Assembly: GCF_001194135.2 (NCBI RefSeq)
Contig: NC_068984.1
Span: 116,606,754-116,670,753 of the forward strand
Source: Octopus bimaculoides
Lineage: Eukaryota
Reading direction: 5' to 3'
DNA length: 64,000 nt
Shown here one piece after another: positions 27,826-42,190 of the stretch. A model generated the notes under the pieces. The model worked only from the letters and a program-made list of their open reading frames with translations, was not told the DNA's origin and did not search any database. The position numbers and the translations under genes are program-made. Within the stretch, counting starts at the first letter, position 1, and each line of letters opens with the position of its first letter.

Positions 27826-28358
27826 NNNNNNNNNNNNNNNNNNNNNNNNNNNNNNNNNNNNNNNNNNNNNNNNNNNNNNNNNNNNNNNNNNNNNNNNNNN
27901 NNNNNNNNNNNNNNNNNNNNNNNNNNNNNNNNNNNNNNNNNNNNNNNNNNNNNNNNNNNNNNNNNNNNNNNNNNNNNNNNNNNNNNNNNNNNNNNNNNNN
28001 NNNNNNNNNNNNNNNNNNNNNNNNNNNNNNNNNNNNNNNNNNNNNNNNNNNNNNNNNNNNNNNNNNNNNNNNNNNNNNNNNNNNNNNNNNNNNNNNNNNN
28101 NNNNNNNNNNNNNNNNNNNNNNNNNNNNNNNNNNNNNNNNNNNNNNNNNNNNNNNNGTGTCTGTGTTTGTCCTCACTACCAGTGCTTGGCAACTGATGTT
28201 GGTGTGTTTACGCCCCTGTAACCTAGTGGTTCAACAAAAGCGACCAATAGAATAAGTACTAGGCTTACAAAGAATAACGGCTGGGGTCGATTTGTTCAAC
28301 TAAAGGTGGTGCTCCAGCATGGCTGCAGTGAAAGGACTGAAACAAGTAAAAGAATAAA
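27624..28358 (+). mobile_element. Family A SINE, internal microsatellite spanned by an assembly gap
   Basis: Head at 27624, 3' domain resumes at 28156 after the N run. Confidence 0.8.
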
Positions 28359-28360
28359 AA

Positions 28361-28397
<37 letters not shown>

Positions 28398-28897
28398 TAC
28401 TCACATACACACCCCTACATAATTATATATATATATATGTACAAATGAGTTTTTGAGTTTTTATATATGAGACAAAAAAATTAAAATTTGAAAAGTAAAT
28501 AACGTTTTTCTTTTCTTTGTATTCTTAGAAAAGATTAAAATGACCTGATAAATTAGATGCAAACTGGTTTCACTTTCAGTAGTGAAGTCCGCTATTCAGA
28601 CTGTTACCATGACGTTAAAATTATAGATAACTATCTTTACCATAACACAGTGTTACTAAAGCGATATCATGACAGCTGAAAGTGTTAATAGTTTCCATTA
28701 TATTGTTTTGCTGTAGGACTGTGAATCTGTTTTAATAATATAGCATCTTTTTCATTCAATTTTAATTAAAAATTTTCTTTTAAATTTTAATATTTTTCTT
28801 TCAAATACTGTAATTGTATCAACATCAATAACTCGTTTTGTTTGCATTATATATATAAAAGAAATCATTATATATATATAATGATTTCTTTTATATG

Positions 28898-28940
<43 letters not shown>

Positions 28941-29999
28941 NNNNNNNNNNNNNNNNNNNNNNNNNNNNNNNNNNNNNNNNNNNNNNNNNNNNNNNNNNNN
29001 NNNNNNNNNNNNNNNNNNNNNNNNNNNNNNNNNNNNNNNNNNNNNNNNNNNNNNNNNNNNNNNNNNNNNNNNNNNNNNNNNNNNNNNNNNNNNNNNNNNN
29101 NNNNNNNNNNNNNNNNNNNNNNNNNNNNNNNNNNNNNNNNNNNNNNNNNNNNNNNNNNNNNNNNNNNNNNNNNNNNNNNNNNNNNNNNNNCGTCATTATT
29201 ATTAGCAACACACATCCAAAAAAAACAGAAACCATTCAAATCTAATTTTCATAGTTGACCCATGAAAATATACAAAACAGGATGAATAAGTAATAGATGG
29301 CACACAACTTTCCATCACAAATGTGCAATGAACGAGCAAACGGTAAATTTCCTCAAATCTAAACCTAAAAATTTTATATTATAATTTCATTTACTGTTCA
29401 ATTTAGAACGCTATAAAATCCGTTAGAGTAATAATCATCAAAATAAATATCAAATTTAATAAATAAATAAATAAAGAATGTAAGAAAGAAAGAAAGAAAT
29501 CATGCCGTAGAAAACAATTTTTAAAAAATATAACATTCAAACTAGTCACTGTGGGGTAAGAAGTTTGCTTCCCGACCACATGGTTCCGAGTTCAGTCAAA
29601 CTGTGTGGCATCTTGAGTAAGTTTCTTCTACCATAGCTTTCAAGCCGAGCAACACCTTGTTAGTTGATTTGATAGATGTAAACTGAAAAGTGCCTGCAGA
29701 ATATATATATACGTGTGCGTGTATGTGTATGTCTATGTGTTTCTCTTTGTGTTTGTCTCCCCACCACTGTTTGACAACCAGCGTTGGTGTGTTTACTTCC
29801 CTGTAACTTAGTGGTCCAACAAAACAGACTAAATTTCTTTAAGGCAGTGCCCCAGCATGGCCACAGTCTACTGAGTGAAAGAAGTAATATTTAAAAGATA
29901 TACACACACATCCACATATGTGTAATGTATTTGAAGACATACCTTTTTTGGGTCATTGCTGCATTTCTTGCTAACTCTGTATAATCTTTGTTTAAGAAA

Positions 30000-31106
30000 A
30001 TAGTAAAGGCAGGCCTTCAGCTTACTCAAGAAATGAAGAGGCATGCTTTTACTGAGGTTATAAAGGCTGAGCATAGTGATTTAGAAACATCTTGATTTTT
30101 AAAAGTTGCCAGATCTTTTGTCTACAAAGTTTGTAAGGAGTTAGAGACTGATGATGGAAACCTATCACCAGTATCAAAGCTTAAAAAGCATTCTAAATCC
30201 TCTGAAATCATCAGAACACTTGAATTTATCCAGCAAGTTCAACAGACCATTGATTATAATCCCAGAAAGTCTATGAGGTCAATTGGAAAAGATCTCCATG
30301 TGTCAGAAGGAACAGTCAGAAATGTTGTCCACGAAGACATCAGATCTAAAAGGTTCTCAAGCAACCTGAAAAATCCAGCAGAAGATTTTATTTGTTTTTT
30401 CTCAAATGAGAAAAACTTCGATCAAGATCAAAAAAGTAAACAGAAGAAATGACATGGTTATGTGCAGACCCTTCTGAAGTTCCAAGTTGTGTGCATACAA
30501 AATTTCCTGGAACTGTCATGGTTTTAGGGGTTGCCAGCAATGAAGGACATGTGATGCCACCTTGCTTCTTTCCACAAGGCCTTAGAGTTAAATCTGCTGC
30601 TTACATTGAGTTCCTGGAAACAATAGTTAAGTTCTAGATAGACAGAGTATGCAATGGAAAGCCATGTGTGTTTCAGTAAGACTCTACACCATCACACATG
30701 GCTCAAGTAACACAGGAATGAATGGCTGAGAATTTTCATGATCACATAACCCCTAACATTTGGCCTCTTAATTCCCCAGATCTCAATACATTGGACTATT
30801 ACCTGTGGAGCGTTGTTGAGAAAGAGGTCAATAACACCAAAGATTCTATGAAAGCTGCCATAGTCAGAGTAATGTCCAAAACGAACCAAGAGGACCACTT
30901 GATTCGAGCATGTAGATGATTGAGATCTCATATAGAAGCAGTTGTTGAAGCTAAAGGTGGCTTTATTGAATAACATTATAGAAAGGAAGGTTTATTTTTA
31001 TCCTCATAGCATTTTTTGATAAATAAAGTTTTTATCTGTTATTATATATTTGTTTCTTTTTTTTTTTATAAACATAAATTTGTCCTCAAATATCTTACAC
31101 ACCCTG
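30000..31106 (+). mobile_element. Decayed DD37D (maT-type) transposon, nearly full transposase span
   Basis: KRHA N-terminus, HTKFPGTVMVLGVASNEGHVMPPCFFPQGLRV and WPLNSPDLNTLDYYLWSVVE. Ends CACCCTG|TA. Confidence 0.85.
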
Positions 31107-31471
31107 TATATACAAATAAATTGTGTATTTTATCCTTGACTTGTTTCACTTAGTAGAATGCAGCAATGCTGAAGCACCCCCTTGAAAGGGTTTAGTCAAA
31201 AGAATTGACCCTAACACTTGTTTTTTTAAGCCTGCCACTTTTTTCTATTGGTCTCTTTTACTGAACTGCTAAAAAATGGGGATGGAAGCAAATCAATAAT
31301 GGTTGTTAAATAGTAGTGAGGAGCAAGCACAAACACAAAATGACACTCATACAGAAGAACACACATAAAGTCACACACATGCATACACATAGCTATATAC
31401 ATATATATACATCCATGCATGTACATATGCATATCTACATACATATATACAGCTATGCATCTACATATATA

Positions 31472-31690
31472 CAGGGTGCAATGGGTAAATAGTCGCCATT
31501 TTATACTTTTTAATTTTGCATGTGCACATTGCTTGTTTTTGATTTTGTCAACTACACAGTATAGTAGGGGCAGTTGGGCACTCTCTGTGAGAAAAACAGC
31601 CCCATGACGCAATTCAAGAAAATTTTAGGAAAATAAAAAGAAAACTAAGTGGAAATTTTACCGGTGAGTGTGTTAAATTTTAAGGCACAA
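31472..31690 (+). mobile_element. Short maT-derived element
   Basis: TA|CAGGGTGCAATGGGTAAAT start and 5' region homologous to 5489 and 38632. Confidence 0.6.
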
Positions 31691-31734
31691 TAAGAAATTG
31701 ACTCTCCCCAGACACAACAGTATACATATATATA

Positions 31735-32125
31735 TCATCATCATCATCATCATCGTTTAACGTCCCCTTTCCATGCTAGCATGGGTTGGACGATTTGACT
31801 GAGGACTGGTGAAACCGGATGGCAACACCAGGCTCCAATCTGATTTGGCAGAGTTTCTACAGCTGGATGCCCTTCCTAGTGCCAACCACTCAGAGAGTGT
31901 AGTGGGTGCTTTTACGTGTCACCCGCACGAGGGCCAGTCAGGCGGTACTGGCAATGGGCACGCTCAAAATGGTGTCTTTTATGTGCCACCTGCACAAGAG
32001 CCAGTCCAGGGGCACTGGCAACGATCTCGCTCGAAAATCCTATGAAGGCCAGTCAGGCGGTACTGGCAATGGCCACGCTCAAAATGGTGCATCCCATGTG
32101 CGACCCGCACAAGAGCCAGTCCATA
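31735..32125 (-). mobile_element. Family C retroposon with (GAT)n tail and internal ~115-bp tandem unit
   Basis: CATCATCGTTTAACGTCC...GCTAGCATGGGTTGGACG end, shared with 34345-34655 (-), 20940-21300 (-), 16755-16948 (+), 37625-37715 (+), 58231-58530 (+) and 6440-6660 (+). The tandem unit also occurs at 24075-24285. Confidence 0.8.
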
Positions 32126-32148
32126 TGTATATATATGTATATATATAC

Positions 32149-32227
<79 letters not shown>

Positions 32228-33084
32228 TACATATACACATGCACACATATTTGGATGAATGCGATTTAAACAGCATTTAATATAACTCTCCATATCTGTG
32301 CCATACTAAATATATAAACAACGTTAGAAGACATAACACTGTGGAATTGAGATAAAATCTCTTCATAGACTTGTGTTAAAAACATAATATATATTATATT
32401 GAGATGAACATCATTGCTGTGGTGACTCATGAGAGCGACAGACATGTTTTGCTTTTGTTGAGGCTTATCAGTTGTTGAGGCAGTGCACCTGCACATGTAT
32501 GTTACTTGCTGAAATGAAATCCATGCTTNNNNNNNNNNTATACAGGAAAACTTACCTGACTGTAAAAAATCTCAGACCCTGGCAAGCTTTCCACAATACC
32601 AATGAATGCATTATTTATTGTTTCTTATATATCAAAGCACAAATTTCATCGTAGTAAGTAACAAATATGTGAATGGCATTGACAAGACCCAAATAGAGAG
32701 AAATATGCTGCAGCAGTAACTTGTGACAATACCAAACATCTGGTGTTCTCCTTGCTTCAATATATAATGTGCTTTTCCCAGTAACATTGGTGTATGTACA
32801 TTTAGTATGATACATAGATGCTGATATATATACACATATCTTCTATCTTTTATCTTTCACTTGTTTCAGTCATTAGAAGAATCTTAAATCGAATCAATCG
32901 ATCCCAGTACTTATTTTTTTTAAAGCCTGATCCTTATTCTATTGGTCTATTTTTGCTGAACTTGTAGGTTATGGGAATGTAAACACACCAATACTGCTTG
33001 TGTTGCAGTGGTGTGAGACCAACACAGACACAATGACACAGACAAACAGACATATATGCACATACATATATACAAACACATGTA

Positions 33085-33134
<50 letters not shown>

Positions 33135-33144
33135 NNNNNNNNNN

Positions 33145-33178
<34 letters not shown>

Positions 33179-34659
33179 CAATTCAGGATCACAACATATA
33201 GGTACACTGCGGCATTTTGGTTTTATTCAACATATTCCCCTTTCAGATTCACACACTTGGAAGGTTGGGCCTCCAGCCAGGCCTTTCATGATATCCTTAA
33301 AGCCAGGAACTTTTCAGTACCTCACATATATTTTGCTACATTTAGGTACGCATATAGTATAATACTCTTAGGTTTATATGTCTAAAGACAGACAAACAGA
33401 CAGATACACAGGCAGATAAACAGACTGATGGACAGAGAGATGAATGGATGGATAGACAGACAGAGAGATAGATCAATAGATGGATACATATTAGTAACTA
33501 TAGTTAGTGCATTTGGAAACTGCTGAGACTGGGGAGTTCTATGATCAGATAACTGATCTTAAAAAATGAAACACATAGTATAAAATAATCATGTCCAAAA
33601 AAAAAAAAGAAAGAAGAAGAATCAAATCAATGCATGTTTACTCAGTCTCTATGACATTCAATAGATAAAAGATGGTATACTTGTACAATCTCCTGATGCA
33701 TTTTCACCACAATCGAGAAGCTGTAAAATCTTGCTTTTCTGTTTAGTCGTCAATGGTGTTTGCATTCACTTCTCAGACAATGGTGACAGTATCTAACTTA
33801 ATTACTATTAACATATGTATGTAGAACAAAGTTGCAGATTTGTTGATGGTACTACAGATTTTGGCATGATTTTAAATGCTTTCATGCATCAGTTATTTGG
33901 TTTGGTGGTATCAGCTAATCCCCTTTCCATTAATATTGTTGGCCTTGTGTCTAAATCAGAAACTGTTTTATGAGTTAAAATTGCTTAAACACTGTTAAAG
34001 TAATTGACTGAGATCAAACTTGCATACCAAGCAACACAAGGTATTTTCAGGTTATTTTCACAACTGTAATGAGTACTGGTGTGGATGTGTGGTTAAGAAG
34101 TTCACTTCTCAAATACTGGGTTTCAGGTCCAGTCCTTGGGCAAGTGTTTTGTACTATAGCTCCAGGATGACTAAAGCATTGCAAATGGATTTGGTAGACA
34201 GAAATTGAAAAGGGACCCATCAATGCTTTATACCTGCTACTGATACGCTTCTGTGGCATTGTAACACTATACACTTTCTCAAAATGAACACCATAGTTTT
34301 CCAGCTTTTAATAATACATGCATCTTACAATATACAGAGTGATATACATCATCATCATCATCATCATCATCGTTTAACGTCCGCTTTCCATGCTAGCATG
34401 GGTTGGACGATTTGACTGAGGACTGGTGAAACCGGATGGCAACACCAGGCTCCAATCTGATTTGGCAGAGTTTCTACAGCTGGATGCCCTTCCTAACGCC
34501 AACCACTCAGAGAGTGCAGTGGGTGCTTTTACGTGTTACCCGCACGAAGGCCAGTCAGGCGGTACTGGCAACGGCCACGCTGAAAATGGTGTATTTTATG
34601 TGCCACCCGCACAAGAGCCAGTCCAGGCACACTGGCAACGATCTCGCTCGATACATACA

Positions 34660-34708
<49 letters not shown>

Positions 34709-35293
34709 TTTATTAAAAAGCAGCAAAAATATCACAAAGACTGTTACTCTGAGTTTCATGTTCCCATTCGTCGGACAATTTTTTCCACTTTGTTTCGCAT
34801 TTTTGTGCTTACTCTGGTATATATATATATATGGTGCCATGTAAAAAGCACCCAGTACACTCTGTAAAGTGGCTGGCATTAGGAAGGGCATCCAGTCATA
34901 GAAATGAAGCCAAAACAGACTATGAAACCTCTGGTGCTACCTCTGGCCACACCAGTTCCTATCAAGCCGTCCAGCCCATGACAGCATGGGAAACAAGTGT
35001 CAAATGTTGGTGATAATGATGATGATATGTATATATATTCTTTTACTCTTTTACTCATTTCAGTCATGTGGCTGCAGTTATGCTGTATTACCACATACAG
35101 GTATGGTGATGCAAACAGGAAATATAGAATTCAAAATATGAGTTTATGTATATTTTTATTGATATTTAACAGAAATAACAGAGTGATGCAAGGTCTGAGA
35201 GTTTTGTATGTTGGCAGTTACCAAATTTGAGTCTCTCTGTTACTTCTGCTAAATATCAATAAAAATATATACACACACACACATTTACATATA

Positions 35294-35652
35294 CAGGGTT
35301 TGGACAAAATAATGGAAACACCTAGCATCATAATTTCAAAATATCTATAAAACTCTCAAAAGCTTGTTTATTCTTGTTTTTTTAATTTATTATTAGTGTT
35401 ACTTAAAATGTTTTTGCTAAAATTGCTGTTTCTTTTCAGATATCATCAGAAAAAAGTAATGAAAATTCATTAAAATGACAGATCTATCAGACTTTCAAAG
35501 AGGTCAAATTTTTGGTGCTCGTATGGCAGGCGCTAGTGTAACGAAAACAGCCTAAATGTTTGGTGTATCAAGAAGTACTGTCTCAAAAGTAATGACAGTC
35601 TTTGAGAAAGAGGAAAAAACCTCCTCTTCAAAACAAAACTCCGGAAAAAGAA
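35294..35652 (+). mobile_element. Tc1-type transposon 5' fragment
   Basis: TA|CAGGGTTTGGACAAAATAATGGAAAC terminus. HTH-like MTDLSDFQRGQIFGARMAGASVTKTA*MFGVSRSTVSKV from 35475. Confidence 0.8.
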
Positions 35653-36218
35653 AAGACAAAATGACTGTGTGCTAGTAATATCCTCAAGTTCAATTTTACA
35701 GACAGCATGGTGAATTAAATATTCATGAGACTGAGATTTTGCTTAGATAATGTTAGTATAACTTCTGTTTAACTGCATATATGCAGTTACGAATTGAAAA
35801 ACATAGTTTATCCCTTTCGATACCAATCTGCCTGAGACCACTCCTGATATTATGATACAAACTTTCCATTTTAAAATGATCTAAATTAATACTACATTAA
35901 AATTTGATGGAAGTTTTTATGTTCTAAACATCATCTTGATAATGACAAAGTTATTTTACTAAATACTTCATTATTTTCAAAATTATTGAAATAAATTTAG
36001 AGTAATTTAACAGAAATATGATAACAAAAGGATAAATTTATGTATGCAGTAAAACTTAGTAAATGTTTTGCTGTTTTTGTTCAGTCTAAAATCGACCTTA
36101 AATGAACAGGTTTACAATAAGAGGAATTTCATCCATAAACATTCCATCTGATATTCAGACACACAATTTCTAAGACAATATGATCTTCCATTTTTAAGGT
36201 GCCATTACTTCTAGTAAC

Positions 36219-36435
36219 TTAACCCATTAGCATTTAACTGACCATATCCAAAATAATCTACCTGTTTTATCATATTCAAACTTGCCAGATCTGGCCTCTC
36301 ACACTTACTCTACATTATTATTCTAAAAAATAAACAATCACATCACTGAAATCTCAAAGCTAATGCATGACTAATTCAATTCAATGTGAATAAACACATT
36401 ACATTTGACAGAGAAATCTGAATACTAATAGGTTC
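36219..36435 (+). mobile_element. TTAA-flanked (piggyBac-like) MITE
   Basis: TTAACCCATTAGCATT...AATACTAATAGGTT. Related sequence at 55570-55775 and 56560-56625 (-). Confidence 0.6.
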
Positions 36436-37445
36436 AAAAATGACTATGTTGCAACTACCTCATTGGCTTATTGTTGTTACTGGTGATCAGCCTTCAACCT
36501 GGTGAGCTATTTTAAACCTGTTCTAGACTAGTCATTTTAGAATATAACAACCTGTAATTAACAAGTAATTACAGGTAAACATTGCCACATCGATCAGATG
36601 TTTCATTTTGTGTATTATAAAGTGAGCTGGTAATCAGAAACTAATTGCTGTTCCACTGCATGACACCTTGGTCAAGTGTCCTCCACTATAGCCTCAGGCC
36701 AATCAAAGCCTTGTAAGTGGATTAAGTTGATGAAAACTGCAAGAAAATTGTTATATATATATATATAGCTTACAGCTGTTTCTACCATATGTCACTAGCC
36801 CCAGAATTGAATGCAAGTGCAACATCTTATAGCCTCCTCAGAACCATTTGAGTAAAATGTTTCTTTACTGCAGAAAGTTTCTGAATATATATATATACAC
36901 ACATACATACATGCATCCAATTTTGGATCCTTTTTATTTTTCTATTTAGCCCTCACTTGTTTTAGAACTTTGACCTCGAACATCTTTTATCTTGTAATTT
37001 CTATCTTATAATTTATATGTATAAGTGACTTTTAGAAGATTTAGGCAGTTTGTCTTCTTAAAATTGATGTTTTTATTCCTATATTTATCAACCTTTCCTT
37101 CATTTTGCATCTCCCATATTTATCACACGGAACTCATTACATGTAATTTTTATTTATAAGTAATTTTATATTTTTATATATCTTCTATATCTTTCTGTAT
37201 GTTTGGTTTTATATTCTTTATACCCTTGGAGAATCTTTATGCCTTGTACATGCATGATTTATGCTGATGTGTATAAATATATATGCTTCAACTACTTTGG
37301 TTGAATGATTTCATTTATGCATTCGGAAATATGTTTAACTGCCTAAACTTTGTGTTTTTAATTGTCTCTACTCTATATTTTTTCGCCTTGGCTCTCTATG
37401 AGCACTCTGTAAACAACCCATATATTTTAAAATATATTTAATGCT

Positions 37446-37496
<51 letters not shown>

Positions 37497-37593
37497 NNNN
37501 NNNNNNNNNNNNNNNNNNNNNNNNNNNNNNNNNNNNNNNNNNNNNNNNNNNNNNNNNNNNNNNNNNNNNNNNNNNNNNNNNNNNNNNNNNNNN

Positions 37594-37627
<34 letters not shown>

Positions 37628-37727
37628 ATCCGGTTTCACCAGTCCTCAGTCAAATCGTCCAACCCATGCTAGCATGGAAAGCGGACGTTAAACGATGATG
37701 ATGATGATGATGATATATATATATACA

Positions 37728-38274
37728 CAGGGTTAATCAAAAAGAATGAACTGATTCCATTATGCAATATTTTAATAAGGAAAAGCAACAAAAAACTCCA
37801 GCTAAGTCACAAGTATTTATTCACAATCAACTTTTATTTCTTGTCTTACAAGTGTTCAATATGGCCACCACCTTCAGCACGGACAACATCAATGCAATAA
37901 GAGAATTCCTCTCAGATGCGTATCAGCATATCACAATGCACTGAGTCGAGTCACTGTTGTTATTCTATGTTTAAGGTCATCAGGGTTAGTGGTTAGAACA
38001 TAAATATGTTCTTTTACATATCTCCACAAGAAAAAAATCACACAACAGCGATCAAGTCAGTGGATCATGATATGCTGATACGCGTCATGGAGGAATTCTC
38101 TTATCGCATTAATGTTGTCTGTGCTGCAGGTGGTGGCCACATTGAACACTTGTAAAGACAGGAAATAAAAGTTGACTGTGAGTAAATACTTGTGACTTAG
38201 CTGGAGTTTTTTGTTGCTTTTCCTTATTAAAATATTGCGTAATCAATTTGGTTCATTCTTTTTGAATAACCCTG
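37728..38274. mobile_element. Tc1/mariner-derived foldback MITE with ~200-bp TIRs
   Basis: CAGGGTT...AACCCTG|TA. Arms include the transposase C-terminus EEFSYRINVVCAAGGGHIEHL* in inverted orientation. Confidence 0.8.
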
Positions 38275-38631
38275 TATGTACAGATATCCATGTATGTGTG
38301 TCTGTGTTGCTGTCTCCTTGCCTTCATATCTTGTGATAGTTGTAAATGAGTACCACCATCATGAAAGGAGATCCTTCATTCACAATCTTCCATAAAACAT
38401 GTCTGGTCATAGCAAAAGATTATCTTACTTGGAAACAGGTGAGGTTTGGTGACAGGAAGTGCATCTGGTCATAGAAAATCTGCCTCAACAAATCCAGTTT
38501 CACCCATGTGAGCATTGGAAAGTGGATGCTAAGATAACAATGATGACACTCAGTTGTAAACAACTGTCACCAATATATGTGAGTGTGTGTGTTTATATAT
38601 GCATATAATATATGCTTATCATACATATATA

Positions 38632-39510
38632 TGCAATGAGTAAATTGTTGCCATTTTATATTTGTTACTTTGCGCATGCGCATTGCTTATTTTTGATTTT
38701 GTTGACTACACAGTATAGTAGGTTCCGTTGAGCACCATCTAAGTGAAAAACAGCACCGTGACGCAATTCACTCTGCCAGAAATTTGGAAATGACATGCTG
38801 TACTGTTTGGTATTCACGCCGGAAGCTCCAATACAAAAAGATGGTGAACATACAGAACAGCCGTGTACTCAAAAGATGCTGTGTACCCAAAAGATGTACC
38901 AAGAGTGATAAAAATGAAACATCCAGTCAACCTCATGGTGTTTGGAGTGGTCACTAGTAATGGCGACGTTATGCCTCCATTCATCTTCCCACACAGCCTC
39001 AGAATCAACATGGAGGCCTACATCAAGTGCATGGAGGAGGTAGTGCTGCCCTGGACCAAGAGAGTGGCTGCTGGAACACCCTATGTCTGGCAACAGGATT
39101 CTACACCATACCACACAAGCAGGAGAACCCAGTCATGGCTGTCAAACAATTTCTGTGACCACATCATCCCTAACATCTGGCCCACTAACTCCCCAGACTA
39201 CAACTCCTTTCATTATTATGTGTGGGGTGCAGTTGAGCGAGAGACCAACAAAACCCCTTCTAACAGCAAAGATGAACAGAAGGCAAAGATTATGGCAGCA
39301 TTCACCAACTTAAACAAGGAGACTGTCCAGAAGAGTTGCAGGAGATTCTGAAGTTGTCTGGAGGCCATGGTTGAAGTCAATGGTGATTTTATTGAATAAA
39401 TTTACACTTTAGTAATTCAAAATATTTTCATGTAATTTTGGTAAATATATCTGTTAAATCGAAATGTCAGTGTTATTTTGTGTAATGTAGACAATATATT
39501 CACCCACACC

Positions 39511-39513
<3 letters not shown>
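38632..39513 (+). mobile_element. Internally deleted DD37D (maT-type) transposon; 162-aa residual ORF
   Basis: ORF 38863-39351 has QQDS...SPDYNSFH, with 37 residues between the second D and the third catalytic position (here mutated to H; D in the 5.5-kb and 30-kb copies). Ends CACCCTG|TA. Confidence 0.88.
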
Positions 39514-39548
<35 letters not shown>

Positions 39549-40031
39549 CACACATAAATGAATAACTGATAATCAAGCATATTCTTTTAATTTATACTTT
39601 TGATTTTTATTCATTTTTTATTCATTTATGCATCAACAATACAAAGTACACTATCAATTAGTATGTTTTATCCAATTAAAGAATTGTTGCGTTAATTAAG
39701 AAGTTCAAGTGTAATTAGTTCATTTTGCTAATTACACCTGCCAAACCTTCTCCCACCAAGCCCTACTGCCTAAGACAAGATACTAGGTGTAGACAAATTT
39801 GTCATGTCATTAAAACAATTCTATGAAATAAGTTTGAAATCAATTATGTCATGTGGTTTTGGGTTCAGTTCCACAGTGCAGCACTTTGGGCAAGTGTCTT
39901 CCTCTATAGTCCTAGGCTGACCAATGCCTTGTGAGTGAATTTGGTAGGCAGAAACTGTATGGAAGTCCATCACATATGTGTATGTGTGTGTGTGTGTGAA
40001 TGTATGTAGGTATGTGTGTGTGTGTGTGTAT

Positions 40032-40064
<33 letters not shown>

Positions 40065-40274
40065 ATCTAATAAAAAACAAAGGAAAAACATAAGAAAAAA
40101 ACAACAACACGAAGATGTGGTACATGCAAAGTATTAGCAGATGTTCAGGGAAGAAAAGAAAGGTAGTTTTATGTTTCGAGCAAAGCTCTTTGTCAGAAAC
40201 AGGATATGGAGGAAAGTCCAAGAGAAAAGGAAGACGGAGGAAAAAAATCACCAACGATCCATATGTGGTTGCAT

Positions 40275-40310
<36 letters not shown>

Positions 40311-41904
40311 AACAAAACAAAAAATGGAACAAGAATGTAACAGGCAACAAAAAAACATTTGGACAGTTAGACGATACAAAAAAGGACAGGAAAAAACAAT
40401 GACGAGTCCTTTGGAGCTTTCAATCTTCAGTCGTGTACCAGATCATCTTTGCAGTTTCAGCCTGTTACACTCGAGATGGCACTAATTTGGCCAGACCCAA
40501 GAAAATCTAAGCTAAGTGCATTAGATTCTTTGGAAGAAAGCAAGCAAATGTATATGAAAACAAGGACCAAAAAAAAAAAACAGAGAAATGGTACACAATT
40601 ACAAACAACAGGTCATGAACAAAAGGTGTCTTTCGACTAAGGACGAATTGAATTAAGATGGTGTGTGTGGAAGTGAAGTCTTACAGCAGGAACATAGAAG
40701 ATGAAAGTCATAGGAAGAAATATAAGAGATGCTACATGGATGGTAGCCAAACCAAGAAAGGTCAGGCTTGGCCGAACACTGGTCACGTGGAAGGAGAGAG
40801 GTAATAGGTAGAAGGATTGAAGAATTAGGGAGGGATGAGAAAGAGAGAAAAAAGGAAAGGGACATATATATATATATATATATATATAGATAGATAGATG
40901 TATATGTGTGTATGTATGTCATTATTCAGTTTATTTCAAGATTTTGTTGCCAATAGAGAAAGAACCGGTTTCTAACCTAGATCCAAGGCTCCTTCATTGG
41001 AATTTCAACATCAACAACAGGGGATTTTTGTTTGTATGTATGTGTATATGTATGTATGTATGCGTGTATGCATGTGCAGATTTGTATGTTTTATGTATGC
41101 ATTCTCATGCATATAGTTGCATATCTAGACATGCTTATACATATTTAAATGATATACTTTTGGAAAGTATGTATGTATGTGTATGTGTATATGTATATGT
41201 GTGTGTGTGATTGTGCTTGTCATCACCTTACTTGACAACTAGTGTACGTTTGTTTACATCCCTGTAACTTAGCAATTCAGCAAAAGTGATGAAAAGAATA
41301 AGACTACACTTAAATATAAGTACTGGGGCCAATCTATCTGACTCAAACCCTTCAAGGTAGTGCCCCAACATGGCCAGTCCAATGACTGGAAAAAGTAAAA
41401 GAAAGAAAAAGCTGTGAAATATTACTAAAGTTTAGTTAGATTAAAGTTTTTTTATTGATAATTAGTGAAAGAATTGTAGGTGATGGGCCAACAGTTTAAA
41501 CTCCGTTACCAAGTTACTTTGCCTTTTAAGGACATGTCAAGCAAGTTGCTAATAGGTACCATAGATTGTTCATATTGTTTATCAAAGTAAACAAAAGGAT
41601 TACTGTTATTATTGTTTCTAGCATTAACACTAACTAGCCTTAGAAATCAATTAAGTACATGTTAATGGAATGCAAACAGTTGATTAAATCAACTATAGTA
41701 CTTTGCTAGTGTATATTGTATAAACATCGGAAAGATAAAAGGCTAACATCCGACCTTAGTTGGATTTCATCTCAGAGCATAGACTGTTATATTTAAGTAC
41801 TTTAAAGTTTTTTCTCTGGTGTTCTTTACAATTCTGTCATCCAGCATCCTATTAGATGCACAGTAAATAACCATCCATCCATCCATCCATCCATCCATCT
41901 ATCT

Positions 41905-42190
41905 ATTTTCTTGCCCCACCAACTGTTACTGGGAGGGTCTTGGGGATAGACACTTCAGGTACTTCCTCCACAAGGTTCTATCAGAAGCAACTGTCAGTTC
42001 ACACTTTCCAGCTGGATTCGCAAGCATGACCAACTGAGACTATGGATATTATACAACCATCCCAATTTTGGTCGACTTCAATGTTTCTTGCTGGTTGGCT
42101 TGTCTTGACAAATCTGACCAGTGATTATTTCTGGGGAAATTCTTATAATAGCTCTGGTACAGTAAATAACAAGCCTGTTATTGGGTTACA
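41905..42190 (-). mobile_element. RTE-type LINE 3' remnant
   Basis: Degenerate RPKLGWLYNIHSLSWS / VASDRTLWRKYLKCLSPRPS, resembling RTE C-termini. Confidence 0.55.

Noticed and set aside
31809-32280. Recurrent ORFs MKPDGNTRLQSDLAEFLQLDALP... (also 34426, 57707)
   Set aside because: These are frames of the family C retroposon, not genes.
32556-32630. Strong minus-strand donor CAG|GTAAGT with the frame TINNAFIGIVESLPGSEIFYSQ
   Set aside because: Only a non-canonical AAG acceptor is available, so it is unsupported.
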